Shown piece after piece: positions 40,434 through 50,501 of a DNA stretch of 64,000 nucleotides (its first letter is position 1; each line of letters opens with the position of its first letter). The position numbers were made by a program, and so were the translations under genes. The notes below the pieces were generated by a model. It made no database searches, was not told where the DNA came from, and saw only the letters and a list, made by a program, of their open reading frames with translations. The DNA is from Thermoanaerobaculia bacterium (lineage in GTDB: Bacteria > Acidobacteriota > Thermoanaerobaculia > UBA5066): NCBI GenBank assembly GCA_963816185.1, contig CAWFJJ010000005.1, positions 128,001 to 192,000 on the forward strand. Reading direction: 5' to 3'.

Positions 40434-41591
40434 TTATGCCGCGACTTCCCCTCGCACCGACAGAGCGATCTTGTAGAAGATCGTGATGAGCAAAAGGCCC
40501 CCGGCATAGATGCCCAGGGAGATCAGCAGCTCCGGCGCCGTCGGGCTGTAGGAGGTCACCTTTCCCAGGGGAGACGGCACGAAGCCGGTCACGATCATCC
40601 CGAGCCCCTTTTCGATCCAGATGGAGAAGAAGACCGCGATGCACGCGACCGTCAAGGTGCTCTCCCGGCGCCGAGTCCGCGGGTTGAGCAGGAGAACGAG
40701 AGCCGTCACGGCGAGAGCCTCGGCTGCCCACGTCCAGGGGACGAGGGTGGTCCTCCCGTTCAGTCCCAGGAACAGGAACTCGAAGTGCTCGATGTGCTCG
40801 GGGATGCCGCCGTAAAGGGCGGTGAAGAGCTCCATCAAGACGAAGAAGACATTGGCGCACATGGCGTACGTCGCGATGAGCGCCAGCTTCTGGATCGGCT
40901 CTTTCCCCGCGTCGAACCGCGTGATCTTGCGAAGGATCAGGCACATCAGGATCAGCAGCGCGGGACCGGAGGAGAACGCCGACGCGAGGAAGCGCGGGGC
41001 CAGAATCGCGGTCAGCCAGAACGGCCGCGCCGCCAGCCCCGAGTAGAGGAACGCCGTGACCGTATGAATGGAGATCGCCCACGGAATCGAGAGCACGATG
41101 ATCGGCTTGATCCAGTGCGGAGGGGGGACCCCCTTGCGCTCCGCCCCCAGCGTCACGTGCGAGATCAGCACGTTGAGAACGAGGTAGCCCGAGAGGGAGA
41201 CCATGTCCCAGAACATGAGGGAGTGGGGCGTCGGGTAGAGCATCACGTTGAGCACACGCGTCGGCTGCCCCATGTCCACGAAGATGAACAGCATGCACAT
41301 GGTCACGGCGGCGATCGCGAGGAACTCGCCGAGGATCGTGAGCTTGCTGAAAGCCTTCCAGTCGTGCAGGTAGTAAGGGAGGACGACCATCACCGCCGAG
41401 GCCGCCACGCCGACGAGGAACGTGAACTGCGCGATGTAGAGGCCCCATGTGACGTCGCGGGAGAGGCCCGTGATACCGAGGCCGAGGGCGAACTGGCGCA
41501 TGTAGAAGATCGCTCCCAAGGCGATGAGCCCGAGGAGAAGGGTCACCCAGCGCCAATAGCCTCTGCTTCCGACCAACGCTTTCTCGAGCAT
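40434..41591 (-). CDS. dsrP: DsrP (NrfD/PsrC family membrane subunit)
   Basis: TGLSRDVTWGLYIAQFTFLVGVAASAV, SIHTVTAFLY, APRFLASAF; last gene of MKJOP. Confidence 0.95.
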   Translation of the reverse strand: MLEKALVGSRGYWRWVTLLLGLIALGAIFYMRQFALGLGITGLSRDVTWGLYIAQFTFLVGVAASAVMVVLPYYLHDWKAFSKLTILGEFLAIAAVTMCMLFIFVDMGQPTRVLNVMLYPTPHSLMFWDMVSLSGYLVLNVLISHVTLGAERKGVPPPHWIKPIIVLSIPWAISIHTVTAFLYSGLAARPFWLTAILAPRFLASAFSSGPALLILMCLILRKITRFDAGKEPIQKLALIATYAMCANVFFVLMELFTALYGGIPEHIEHFEFLFLGLNGRTTLVPWTWAAEALAVTALVLLLNPRTRRRESTLTVACIAVFFSIWIEKGLGMIVTGFVPSPLGKVTSYSPTAPELLISLGIYAGGLLLITIFYKIALSVRGEVAA

Positions 41592-41598
41592 TTACGCC

Positions 41599-42363
41599 TC
41601 ACACCAGGTAATAGACTTCGGGTTGGGTCCCGAGGCCCGGCTTGCGGCGCAGCGCGAATCGCGACCGGAGCAGGCGCCGCACCTCGGAGTCGGGATCGTT
41701 CAGATCGCCGAACGTCATCGCTTTCTCCTTGCAGGCCGCCACGCACGCCGGCTCCTCGCCCCGGTCCAGCCTTTCGTCGCAGAACGTGCACTTCTCGACG
41801 ACCCCCTTCGTGCGCGTCGGGAAATCCCGGTTCAGCACCTTGAGGTGCGGGCGCGGGTCCTCCCAGTTGAAGCTCCGGGAACCGTAGGGGCACGCGGCCA
41901 TGCAATAGCGGCACCCGATGCAGCGGTGCCAGTCCATCATCACGACGCCGTCGGAGCGCTTCCAGGTCGCCCCGGTGGGGCAGACGCGGGCGCACGGAGG
42001 GTTGTCGCAGTGGTTGCAGAAGACCAGGGCCGGCCCCGCGGTGAGCGCCTCGTCCACGTAGGGAGAGTTCTCGTCGGGGAAGACGTCGTGGAAACGCTCC
42101 TGCCAGATCCACTTCACGGCGTGCTTCGGGTCCGACATCGTGGGGACGTTGTGGACGCGGTGACAGGCCTCGGTGCATGCCGTGCAGTCTTTCGTCTCGA
42201 GACACTTGCGCAAATCGATGACCATCGCGCGCCGGATCCCCTTCGGGGCCTCCGAGGTCGAGGCTTCCGCCGTGCCGTCGAGCCGTGAGAGGGATTCGCT
42301 GCCGGCGACGCAGAGCGCGGTCAGGCCGGCGAGCTTCAGGAAATTCCTGCGGTCCTCTCCCAT
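41599..42363 (-). CDS. dsrO: DsrO periplasmic Fe-S protein
   Basis: Tat motif RRNFLK after ATG 42363; CNHCDNPPC..VCP, CIGCRYCMAACPY, EKCTFC. Confidence 0.95.
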   Translation of the reverse strand: MGEDRRNFLKLAGLTALCVAGSESLSRLDGTAEASTSEAPKGIRRAMVIDLRKCLETKDCTACTEACHRVHNVPTMSDPKHAVKWIWQERFHDVFPDENSPYVDEALTAGPALVFCNHCDNPPCARVCPTGATWKRSDGVVMMDWHRCIGCRYCMAACPYGSRSFNWEDPRPHLKVLNRDFPTRTKGVVEKCTFCDERLDRGEEPACVAACKEKAMTFGDLNDPDSEVRRLLRSRFALRRKPGLGTQPEVYYLV

Positions 42364-42743
42364 CACGTGTTCTCCTTCGGCTCGTTGTGGCAGTCCCAGC
42401 AGGTGGGCTTGATCGCGAGATCGTCGTGGCAGGAATCGCAGAATTCCGACTTGTTGGGATGGCAGCGGATGCAGGTCCCGACCAGGCTCATCGTGACGAA
42501 CTTCCCGTCTCCGTCCCGGTACGTCCGCTGCTCCTTCCGGACGACGGTGTCCCGCCAGGAGTTGAGCAGCTCCATGTGGCTTGCGCGCATCTCTTCCCGC
42601 GGCGCCACGCATCGTTTCTCCGCGGTGACGATCTTGGGCTGAGGCCTCGGGGGAGGTGCCACGATCGCGGGCCGCCACACCGGGAAGAGCGCCAGCGCGA
42701 GAAAAGCCGTGATCCCGGTGAGGATCTTGCCTCCGTCATACAT
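42363..42743 (-). CDS. dsrJ: DsrJ triheme cytochrome c
   Basis: MYDGGKI, MRASHMELLNSWRD, CIRCH, CDSCH, CWDCH. Confidence 0.95.
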   Translation of the reverse strand: MYDGGKILTGITAFLALALFPVWRPAIVAPPPRPQPKIVTAEKRCVAPREEMRASHMELLNSWRDTVVRKEQRTYRDGDGKFVTMSLVGTCIRCHPNKSEFCDSCHDDLAIKPTCWDCHNEPKENT

Positions 42744-44355
42744 CGGTGCCGCCCTCCTCGGCCGCGAACGGGTTCCCTCTCAGGTCCGTCGTCCTCGGCT
42801 TCTCACCCTCCATCACGAGCGCGTTGCCGACGAGCTCGTGCACGCCCGACACGCCCACCTCGGGCACCCAGTACTCCATCAGGGAGGACAGGACCGCCCG
42901 ATCGATGGCGCAGACGCACGCGAGCGTGTTGACGCCGTGCTTCTCGTGGACGTAGCGCACCGCGTTGGCCCGCGGCAGGCCTCCCCGGAGGCGCATCTCC
43001 ATGTTCTCGTCGTTCCCGAGACCGGCTCCTCCGCCGCAGCAGAACGTCTGCTCGCGGATCGTGTTCTCCGGCATCTCGAAGAAGTTGTTGCAGACCGCTC
43101 GAATGATGCTGCGGGGCTCCTCGAGGAGCCCCATGGCGCGCGCGGGATTGCACGAGTCGTGAAACGTCACGCGGCGGTGGTCGTTGCGCTTCGGGTCGAG
43201 CTTGAGCTTGCCGTGCCGGATCAGGTCCGCCGTGAACTCGCAGATGTGCACCATCTTCGTCGAGGCGGCGTGATCGAAGCGTGTGTGCGTGAACGGGCTG
43301 ACCGGCACCTCGAGGAAGTCCGCCGGGCCGTTCATCGTGTCCATGAACTGGTGCATGACGCGCCACATGTGGCCGCACTCGCCTCCGAGAAGCCACTTCA
43401 CCCCGAGCCGCTTGGCCTCGTGGTAGATCTTGTAGTTCAGGCGCTTGATCGTGTCGGTCGAGGTGAACAGCCCGAAATTGCCGCCCTCGGAGGCATAGGC
43501 CGAGAGCGTGTAGTCCAGCCCAAGGGCCTTGAATACGAGGAGGTAGCCCATGAAGGTATAGATGCCCGGGTCCGCGAAGTAATCCGCGGAGGGCACGATG
43601 AAGAGCACCTCCGCGCCTTTGCGGTTGATCGACGGCTCGGCCCGGATCCCCGTCAGCCCTTCCAGCTCGTCCACCAGGAAGTCGACGTTGTCCTTGAAGG
43701 TGTGGGGCGGAATCCCGAGATGGTTCCCGGTGCGATCGCAGTTGGCGACCGGCTCCATGACCCAGTTGATGTTGAGCCCGACCAGGTTGAGAAGCTCCCG
43801 CGCGTGCATGGTGATCTCGGCCGTGTCGATGCCGTAGGGGCAGAAGACCGAGCAGCGGCGGCATTCCGTGCACTGGAAGAAGTAGTAGTACCACTCCTTC
43901 AGGAGCTCGGGGCTCAGCTTGCGGGCGCCCGCGAAGCGGCCGAGGATCTTGCCTGCCGTGGTGAAGTCGTTCCGATAGACCGAGCGGAGCAGCTCGGCGC
44001 GCAGAACGGGCATGTTCTTGGGATCCCCGGAGCCGAGATAGAAGTGACACTTGTCGGCGCATGCCCCGCAGCGCACGCAGATGTCGAGAAACACCTTAAG
44101 CGACCGGTATTTCGCGAGCCGTTCCTCGAGCCCGTCCTTGATGATCTGCTGCCAGTTCTCGGGAAGCTTCCAATCCGCGTCCGTGGGAGACCATTCACGC
44201 GGGTTCGGAAAACCGAGGTAACGCAGGTTCTTGCCTGCCGCGGGGTAAGACCAGGAGCCCTTGCGTGCCTCGAAGTCGACCCCCGGGTCCATCCAGTCGC
44301 CCGGCTTGGGCGTGTAGTCGATCTGCACCAGTTCTTGTTTCGTCTTCTCCGCCAT
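42736..44355 (-). CDS. dsrK: DsrK (HdrD-like catalytic subunit)
   Basis: CVRCGACADKC, CTECRRCSVFCP, GECGH, HDSCN, FCCGGG, CVCAID. Confidence 0.96.
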   Translation of the reverse strand: MAEKTKQELVQIDYTPKPGDWMDPGVDFEARKGSWSYPAAGKNLRYLGFPNPREWSPTDADWKLPENWQQIIKDGLEERLAKYRSLKVFLDICVRCGACADKCHFYLGSGDPKNMPVLRAELLRSVYRNDFTTAGKILGRFAGARKLSPELLKEWYYYFFQCTECRRCSVFCPYGIDTAEITMHARELLNLVGLNINWVMEPVANCDRTGNHLGIPPHTFKDNVDFLVDELEGLTGIRAEPSINRKGAEVLFIVPSADYFADPGIYTFMGYLLVFKALGLDYTLSAYASEGGNFGLFTSTDTIKRLNYKIYHEAKRLGVKWLLGGECGHMWRVMHQFMDTMNGPADFLEVPVSPFTHTRFDHAASTKMVHICEFTADLIRHGKLKLDPKRNDHRRVTFHDSCNPARAMGLLEEPRSIIRAVCNNFFEMPENTIREQTFCCGGGAGLGNDENMEMRLRGGLPRANAVRYVHEKHGVNTLACVCAIDRAVLSSLMEYWVPEVGVSGVHELVGNALVMEGEKPRTTDLRGNPFAAEEGGTDV

Positions 44356-44358
44356 GTC

Positions 44359-45348
44359 TCACTTCCCGTCGAGAGGGATACCGGCCGCCACCAGCTTGTC
44401 GTGAAAGTCCTTTTCCCACTCGGCATAGGTGTGCCCGACGATGGACGGGTTCCACGGGTTGATGTGCCGGCGCGCCCGGTTGTTGTTGGCGAGGTTTCGG
44501 GTCGGTGAGAGGAAGACGCCCGCCATGTGGACGAGCTTGGAGAAGGGGAAATAGGCAAAGAGGACGCTCACGAGAAAGAGATGCGCGTAGAAGAGCGAGC
44601 CGATGCCTTTGGGGAGCGCCGGATGGAAGGTCACCAATCCCATCGCGAGAGTCTTCACCGCCTCGACGTCCACCTTCGCGAAGTAGCGAAGGAGGATCCC
44701 GGAGATCCCGACTCCGAGGATCAACGCGAGGGGGAAGTAGTCGGCGTGAAGGGACACGTAGCGCAGCCGGGCGTCGGCGAGGCGCCGGAACAGCAGATAC
44801 CCGACGGCGGCGATCAGGAGGCCGTCCGTCACGTAGAGCTCCGGAAGGCCCACCTGGAAGAAGCCGTCCAACCCCTGCAGCCACCTGACGAACGCGGGCA
44901 CGGGCGCCGCGAAGAAGCGGTCGTGGCGCAGGAGGATCACGAGGAACGAGTAATGGAAGGCGAGGGCGGCTGCCCAGAGCCACTTGTCGGCGGAGTAGAC
45001 GAGACGTCCCCCTTCCTTGAGCTCGGCGCGCGTGTTGCGGAAAAGTGAGCGGAACGTGAAGACTTCGAGAAGCACGCGCCCGGCGGCGCCGAGTCCCGTG
45101 GAGGGGTTGTCCAGGCGCGCGGACTTGATCCACGAGAGCGAGCGCTGCTGTCCGCAGGTCGTCGGAGTGCGAAAGGGCACCGGCGAGCGCGCCCACCCCA
45201 GGACCCGAGCCGTGATCCCCACGAGGAAGATCGCGATCGCGAGAATGGGAAGCACGATTCCGAACAGGGCCTGGCCCCCCGCCTGGGCGCCGCCGTAGGC
45301 GATCAGGGCCAGCGCCAGAACAAGCAAGAAAGACCAGATGGCCCGCAT
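44359..45348 (-). CDS. dsrM: DsrM (NarI-like diheme b membrane subunit)
   Basis: WARSPVPFR.PTTCGQQ, FRSLFRN, FHYSF..LRH, YFPFSKLVHMAG..SPTRN. Confidence 0.96.
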   Translation of the reverse strand: MRAIWSFLLVLALALIAYGGAQAGGQALFGIVLPILAIAIFLVGITARVLGWARSPVPFRTPTTCGQQRSLSWIKSARLDNPSTGLGAAGRVLLEVFTFRSLFRNTRAELKEGGRLVYSADKWLWAAALAFHYSFLVILLRHDRFFAAPVPAFVRWLQGLDGFFQVGLPELYVTDGLLIAAVGYLLFRRLADARLRYVSLHADYFPLALILGVGISGILLRYFAKVDVEAVKTLAMGLVTFHPALPKGIGSLFYAHLFLVSVLFAYFPFSKLVHMAGVFLSPTRNLANNNRARRHINPWNPSIVGHTYAEWEKDFHDKLVAAGIPLDGK

Positions 45349-45352
45349 AACC

Positions 45353-45904
45353 TCACGCGCTCCCTTCCGCGGGAGGGCAGGCAGCGGCGCCCTCCATCGC
45401 CTTCGCGTCCTCGAGAAGGCCGGCCCGCTTCAGCAAGGCGTACGTGCGTGCGGTCGCTTCCCGGGTCCGGATTGCCGAGATCTTTTCCCGGCACATGGTG
45501 TATCTCTCCCACGCCAGAAGAGCCAATGCGTCGATACGCTCATCGATCTCGAGCAGCTCATCGGCCGGCGTTTTCGCGAGCTCTTCGTGGAGCTCCACGC
45601 TCAGAGCGCGCCGGAAGAGGAACACGAATCCCGCCGCCTGGGCGGGGGAGAAATCCTGGACCGCGCGCACGCGGACCACCGCGTCCACGGACGCGGAAAG
45701 ACCGCCCGGATCGTCGCCGGCGAGCAGGCCCTCGGTGAGGGCGCCGATGGCGTCCCGGATCGTCACCCCGACCGGGTTCCGGAATCCGTCCCGCTCCTTG
45801 AGCAGAAACGCAGTGGTCGGGTGGGGGTACGTGGCCAGGACCAGCTCCACCCACCGATCGGCCAGCGCCGAACGTCGGTCTCGTGAGATCTCCAGGAGTG
45901 TCAT
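45353..45904 (-). CDS. dsrT: DsrT (RsbRD N-terminal-like)
   Basis: W...VLATYP, D.FRNPVG, VRVRAVQDFSPAQA..F, Y..CREKI..IR; sits before dsrM. Start ATG 45904. Confidence 0.9.
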   Translation of the reverse strand: MTLLEISRDRRSALADRWVELVLATYPHPTTAFLLKERDGFRNPVGVTIRDAIGALTEGLLAGDDPGGLSASVDAVVRVRAVQDFSPAQAAGFVFLFRRALSVELHEELAKTPADELLEIDERIDALALLAWERYTMCREKISAIRTREATARTYALLKRAGLLEDAKAMEGAAACPPAEGSA

Positions 45905-45921
45905 GACGCCCACAGGCGGCC

Positions 45922-46239
45922 CTAGACGCAGCCGGTTGGCTTCGCGAGACCCGCCACCTTGCAGGCTCCCTTGGCGGGACCCGACGGGAAGAGGGCGTAG
46001 ACCTTCTTGAGGTCGTACCCCGTTTCCTTGCACAGCTTGCGGATCATCGGGGCGACCCCGAACTGCACGAAGTAGTTCCTGAGATACTTCACGAGCTTCC
46101 AGTGTTCGTCGGTCAGCTCGTTGACGCCCTCCGTCGTGGCGAGGGCCTTCGCGACGTCCTCGTTCCACTTGTCCGGCTCCTGCATGAAGCCGTCCTCGTC
46201 AACTTCGATCGAAATGTTCGCGTGACTGAACGTTGGCAT
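45922..46239 (-). CDS. dsrC: DsrC sulfur-carrier protein
   Basis: Start ATG 46239 (AAGGAGG RBS); VDEDGF, LTDEHW, LFPSGPAKGACKVAGLAKPTGCV with both C-terminal cysteines (C-x10-C). Confidence 0.97.
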   Translation of the reverse strand: MPTFSHANISIEVDEDGFMQEPDKWNEDVAKALATTEGVNELTDEHWKLVKYLRNYFVQFGVAPMIRKLCKETGYDLKKVYALFPSGPAKGACKVAGLAKPTGCV

Positions 46240-46262
46240 ACCAATTCCTCCTTGGATCGACT

Positions 46263-46838
46263 TTATTGGGGTGTCTCTCCGGCCGGGGGGTGGTTCGTGC
46301 GGGCGGGCTTCTCCCCGCCCTCTGCTTTCGCGAGGGCCTTGAGAAACTCCGGAGCCGGACTGAATCCGCCCTCCAGCGCGGCGTCTAGGTGCGCATGACT
46401 TTCGGTCACCTGTCCGAGGGCCAAAAGCCCGACGGCCAGGTGGTAATGGGCTCCGGCGTGCTCGCCGTCCAGCTCCAGGGCGCGCCGGAGGCAGGCCACC
46501 ATCGCTTCCGCCTCGCCCAGGTAGAGATGGCCCAGCGCTTGGTTGTAGTGAGCAATGAAGAGCTCCGGCCGGACCTTCGCCGCCTGACGGTTGGCCTCGA
46601 TGCAGCCCCGATAGTCCCAGCGGGCGAGAAGGACACCCCCGAGGTTCACGAGCGCCTCCGGGAAGTCGGCGCGCAGCTCGAGAGCCTTTCGGAACTCCTG
46701 CTCTGCCTCTGCGGGGCATCCGGACTGCCAGAGCGCCGTCCCGAGGTTGTGATGGGAGGCAGCCGAGGCGGGATCCTGAGCCACCGCCCGGCGCCACCGC
46801 TCGGCCTGCTCGCGAACGTGGGGGCCGGCTGCGCTCAT
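46263..46838 (-). CDS. Tetratricopeptide-repeat protein
   Basis: Repeated HNLG/VNLG/YNQA/YHLA TPR helices; start ATG 46838 overlaps the upstream stop (ATGA). Confidence 0.85.
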   Translation of the reverse strand: MSAAGPHVREQAERWRRAVAQDPASAASHHNLGTALWQSGCPAEAEQEFRKALELRADFPEALVNLGGVLLARWDYRGCIEANRQAAKVRPELFIAHYNQALGHLYLGEAEAMVACLRRALELDGEHAGAHYHLAVGLLALGQVTESHAHLDAALEGGFSPAPEFLKALAKAEGGEKPARTNHPPAGETPQ

Positions 46839-47293
46839 GACGCTTCTCCTTTCTGGCAGTTGACGATGGCTCGAGCGATGCTGTCCACGACCGAACGCCG
46901 GTCGTGCTGAGCGACCAATCGCACAACGTCCACCAGCGCATCGCGGAGCCGGGCGTCGCGGGTCAGGCGGAGGAGGTTCGGCACGAGGGGGCGGAGGAGA
47001 TCGGGCGTCTCCTCGGCGACGGCCCGCAGCACCTCGGGCGCGGTCACGGCATGCGTTCCGGATTCCTCGTTCATGGCCCACACGAGACGCCGGGCCACCT
47101 CCTGCACGAGCCGGGGATGATGGTGTCCGGCGAGCGCGAGCCCTCTGGCCGCGGTGGCGCGCACGTCGGGCTCGGGCCGATACGTGAGAGCGACGAGCTG
47201 GCGCACCGTGCGCGGGTCCGACTTGACCAGCTCGGCCACGTCGTCCAGCCTGCGCTCCTGGACGGCTTCGACGATCGCTCCGCGCGCGCTCAT
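46835..47293 (-). CDS. HEAT/ARM-repeat protein (DVU0298-like)
   Basis: RRLVWAMNEESG..A..APE motif; ATG 47293 overlaps the dsrN stop (ATGA). Confidence 0.75.
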   Translation of the reverse strand: MSARGAIVEAVQERRLDDVAELVKSDPRTVRQLVALTYRPEPDVRATAARGLALAGHHHPRLVQEVARRLVWAMNEESGTHAVTAPEVLRAVAEETPDLLRPLVPNLLRLTRDARLRDALVDVVRLVAQHDRRSVVDSIARAIVNCQKGEAS

Positions 47294-48672
47294 GGCTCTT
47301 CTCCGCGAGCGGCGCGAATCATGGCCGGCGCCCACTCGGGCGTGCCCAAGGCATGTAGGTGCGTGTAGGTGGCCACCGCCCTGGCGATCTGGACTCCGTC
47401 CCTGCCGTCTCCCACGCCGACGCCGCGGTCGATCGCGAGGATCGTTTGGTACGGCAGGGTCGTCCGGTTCACGTGCGAGTAGTGGAACTCGTGACCGCGG
47501 ACCGCGCTCCCTTCGCCGAGGAAGGGATTCGGCGCATCGGCCCGCGCCGCCACGTAGCCGTGGCCCTCGGGCCGGCTGGTCTGCTCCACGACGACGGGCA
47601 GGGCCCCCACCATCGGATGGCCGATTCCGTCGACGACGAGCTGCTGGGCCAGATACATCAGCCCTCCGCACTCGCCCCAGACCGGCAGCCCCTCTGCGAT
47701 CCGCTGGCGCAGCTCGGCCCGGAAGCCGCGATTGCCCGCGAGCCTCGCTGCATAGACTTCCGGGAATCCGCCTCCGACGTAGAAACCGTCCAGGCTCGGG
47801 AGCGATTCGTCCGCGAGGGGGGAGACGAAGACGAGCTCCGCGCCCGCCTCCTCAAGGGCCTCGAGGTTCTCCGGGTAGTAGAAAGAGAAGGCCGCGTCGC
47901 GGGCGACGCCGATTCGAACCCGCGGACCCACGGGGACGTGGCGCGGCTTGGCGGGCGGCACCTCCAGCCGTGGCGCTCCGCCCGCCACCGCGAGCAGGGC
48001 GTCCACGTCGACGTGCGCGTCGATGAGGTCCGCGGCGCGCTCCAGCATCTCCTCGGACCGCGGGTGCTCGGCTACCGGGACGAGGCCCAGGTGCCTGCTG
48101 GGCAGGTCGATTTTCGCCTGGCGGGGGATCGCCCCGAGCACGGGCACGTTCGTGGCGTCGGCGATCGCTTCGCGAATGACCACCTCATGCCGCCGATTGG
48201 CCACACGGTTCAGGATCACGCCGGCGAGGTTGAGCTGGGGATCCATGACCTCGCATCCCAGGACCTGGGCGGCGACGGTGCGGGTCACCTTCGTGGTGTT
48301 GACCACGAGCACGACCGGCGCGGCCACCAATTTGGCGAGTGCCGCCGAGGAGTGCGATCCCTCGCCGTCCATCCCGTCGAACAGGCCGCGATTTCCCTCG
48401 ATGATGGCGATGTCGTTTCCGCGGGCGGCGGCGCCCGCCAGAGACGACGCGATCGCGGAGGCCGGCATCAGGTACGTGTCGAGGTTGCGTGCCTCCGTTC
48501 CGGCGGCCGCACCAAGCCACGAGGCGTCGATGTAATCCGGTCCCTTCTTGAAGGCTCCCACGAGGATCTTCCGCCGACGCAGGGCGCGCACGAGTCCGGT
48601 GGAGACGAGCGTCTTGCCGGTATCCCCGGCGAGCCCGGCCACCATCAAGCGCGACAGCCTGGTTTGCGTCAC
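47290..48672 (-). CDS. dsrN: DsrN, cobyrinate a,c-diamide synthase-like siroheme amidase
   Basis: GDTGKT, FKKGPDYID, IEGNRGLFDG, AFSFYYPEN, GECGGLMYL, GHEFHYS; inside the dsr operon. Confidence 0.92.
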   Translation of the reverse strand: MTQTRLSRLMVAGLAGDTGKTLVSTGLVRALRRRKILVGAFKKGPDYIDASWLGAAAGTEARNLDTYLMPASAIASSLAGAAARGNDIAIIEGNRGLFDGMDGEGSHSSAALAKLVAAPVVLVVNTTKVTRTVAAQVLGCEVMDPQLNLAGVILNRVANRRHEVVIREAIADATNVPVLGAIPRQAKIDLPSRHLGLVPVAEHPRSEEMLERAADLIDAHVDVDALLAVAGGAPRLEVPPAKPRHVPVGPRVRIGVARDAAFSFYYPENLEALEEAGAELVFVSPLADESLPSLDGFYVGGGFPEVYAARLAGNRGFRAELRQRIAEGLPVWGECGGLMYLAQQLVVDGIGHPMVGALPVVVEQTSRPEGHGYVAARADAPNPFLGEGSAVRGHEFHYSHVNRTTLPYQTILAIDRGVGVGDGRDGVQIARAVATYTHLHALGTPEWAPAMIRAARGEEP

Positions 48673-48690
48673 CCTAGCTCTCTCCGTTCC

Positions 48691-50370
48691 TCACACCATC
48701 TCGAGATAGCCGCAGGGGCATTCGTCGGCGCACTTCTTACAGCCGTCGCAGAGCTCGAGCTTGATCTTGAAGTAGTGTCCGGGCCGTTTCTCCTCGAGCT
48801 TGGCGAAGCAGCCGGCCTGGCAGTACATCCAGCATTTCTCGCAGTCGAAGCACAGGCCGCACGAGAAGCAGCGCGTGACCTCTCCGAGAAACTGCTCCCG
48901 CGTGATGCCGTGGTCGATCTCGTCGAGCGGGTTGGCCAGCCTTTCGGCGGCGGCCGTGATCGAGCGCTCGGCCCGCGGCTTCGCCTCGTAGGTGTCCTTC
49001 TTGATGCGGGCCGCCGGCACGGGCGATCGATGATCCGTTCGCGGCGGCGGCTCGGATCCGCGCAGCGCCGCATGGATCGTCTCGGCCGCCCTCCGCCCCT
49101 GGTACACGGCGATCGTGGCCAGACCGAGCTCCACGTCGTCCCCGCCGGCCCACACGCCTTCGGCCACCTTCCCGTCCGGGTCGGCCCCGAACCAGCCCTT
49201 CGACGCCCCCAGGGCCGCCACCCTTTCGGCTTCGGGCTCCTGGGAGATGGCCGCGATCACCGTATCGACGGGGATCTCGTACTCGGATCCCGCGACGGGA
49301 ACCGGGCGGCGGCGGCCGGACGCGTCCGGCTCGCCCAGCTCCATGCGCTGGACGACCAACGCCTTCACGCTCTCCCCGTCGCGCCGGATGGCCACCGGCG
49401 CCGCCAGGAAGACGATCTCGATGTTCTCTTCGAGAGCCTGTTCGACCTCGCTGGCGATGGCCGGCATCTCGGTCCGCGTCCTTCGGTAGACGATCGTCAC
49501 CTTCGCGCCGAGCCGGAGCGCGACCCGTGCCGCGTCGATCGCGGTGTCGCCGCCTCCGATCACCGCCACGGACGAGCCCACGTCCACGCGCTCGCCCGAA
49601 TTCGCCCGGTTCAGGAACTCGGTACCCGTCAAGACGCCGGGACCATCTTCACCCGGCACCCCGAGACGCTTCCCGCGGTGCGCGCCGATCCCGGCGAAGA
49701 CCACCTTGTGTCGAGCCCTGAGCTCGTCGATCGAAACGTCGCGGCCCACGGCCGTATTGAGCTTGAGGTCCACACCGAGGTCCACGATCCGCCTCACCTC
49801 GGCGTCCAGGACGCTCGACGGCAGGCGGTAGCGGGGGATGCCGTAGCGCAGCATGCCGCCCGCCTCGGGGAACGCCTCGTAGACGGTCACCGCGTAACCG
49901 CGGCGGGCCAGCTGATAGGCGCAGGAGAGCCCGGCGGGCCCCGCCCCGATCACGCCGATGGACTCGGACTTCGGGGTCTCCTCCACCTTGCCGAGAGCAA
50001 GGCTCTTCTCGAGCCCCCAGTCCCCGATGAAGCGCTCGAGGCAGTTGACCGCCACCGAGCCGTCCTTCTCCTTCCGGTTGCAGTTGTCCTCGCAGGGGTG
50101 CGGACAGACCCGCCCCATCACGGCCGGGAAGGGGTTGTACTCCACGATCGTCCGCCACGCCTTCTCGAACGCCTGCTCCTCGGAGAGCCCGGTCTTGTCC
50201 CGCTGAGCGATCGTCGTGATCCAGCCCCGGATGTCCGTGCCGCTCGGGCAATTTCCGATGCAAGGCGGGAGCTTCTCGACGGCCTGCGGACGCAGCGACG
50301 ACACTTGCGTGGCGCCGCTTCCGCCCATCCTTAGGGGAGGCTTCTTGGAGACCGGCTTCAGGAGTCCCAT
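48691..50370 (-). CDS. dsrL: DsrL NAD(P)H:Fe-S flavoprotein (DsrL-2 type)
   Basis: SSLRP..VEKLPPC...CPSG.DIRGW, GRVCPHPCE, GAGPAG, GGGDTA, YRR, C-terminal RCFSCGLCFDCEKCWMYC...CDGCKKCADECPCGY. Start ATG 50370. Confidence 0.92.
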   Translation of the reverse strand: MGLLKPVSKKPPLRMGGSGATQVSSLRPQAVEKLPPCIGNCPSGTDIRGWITTIAQRDKTGLSEEQAFEKAWRTIVEYNPFPAVMGRVCPHPCEDNCNRKEKDGSVAVNCLERFIGDWGLEKSLALGKVEETPKSESIGVIGAGPAGLSCAYQLARRGYAVTVYEAFPEAGGMLRYGIPRYRLPSSVLDAEVRRIVDLGVDLKLNTAVGRDVSIDELRARHKVVFAGIGAHRGKRLGVPGEDGPGVLTGTEFLNRANSGERVDVGSSVAVIGGGDTAIDAARVALRLGAKVTIVYRRTRTEMPAIASEVEQALEENIEIVFLAAPVAIRRDGESVKALVVQRMELGEPDASGRRRPVPVAGSEYEIPVDTVIAAISQEPEAERVAALGASKGWFGADPDGKVAEGVWAGGDDVELGLATIAVYQGRRAAETIHAALRGSEPPPRTDHRSPVPAARIKKDTYEAKPRAERSITAAAERLANPLDEIDHGITREQFLGEVTRCFSCGLCFDCEKCWMYCQAGCFAKLEEKRPGHYFKIKLELCDGCKKCADECPCGYLEMV

Positions 50371-50463
50371 CGTCTGTCTCTCTTCCTGCGCGGGAGCGTG
50401 GCTGCGATCTTGGCCGTCCGCTGCGCCATCTTCTCGGTCAACCGATACCTCAGAGGCGGCGGG

Positions 50464-50492
50464 GCCCCCGGGGCCGACACGACCCCGGGGGC
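50464..50492 (-). other. Strong intergenic hairpin after dsrD (no U-tract)
   Basis: Perfect 10-bp inverted repeat GCCCCCGGGG/CCCCGGGGGC; no T run follows on the minus strand. Confidence 0.55.
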
Positions 50493-50501
50493 AGCGCCAC
50501 G

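Noticed and set aside
47290-48672. Cobalamin biosynthesis gene cbiA/cobB
   Set aside because: No other cob/cbi genes are present; its position in the dsr operon indicates dsrN.
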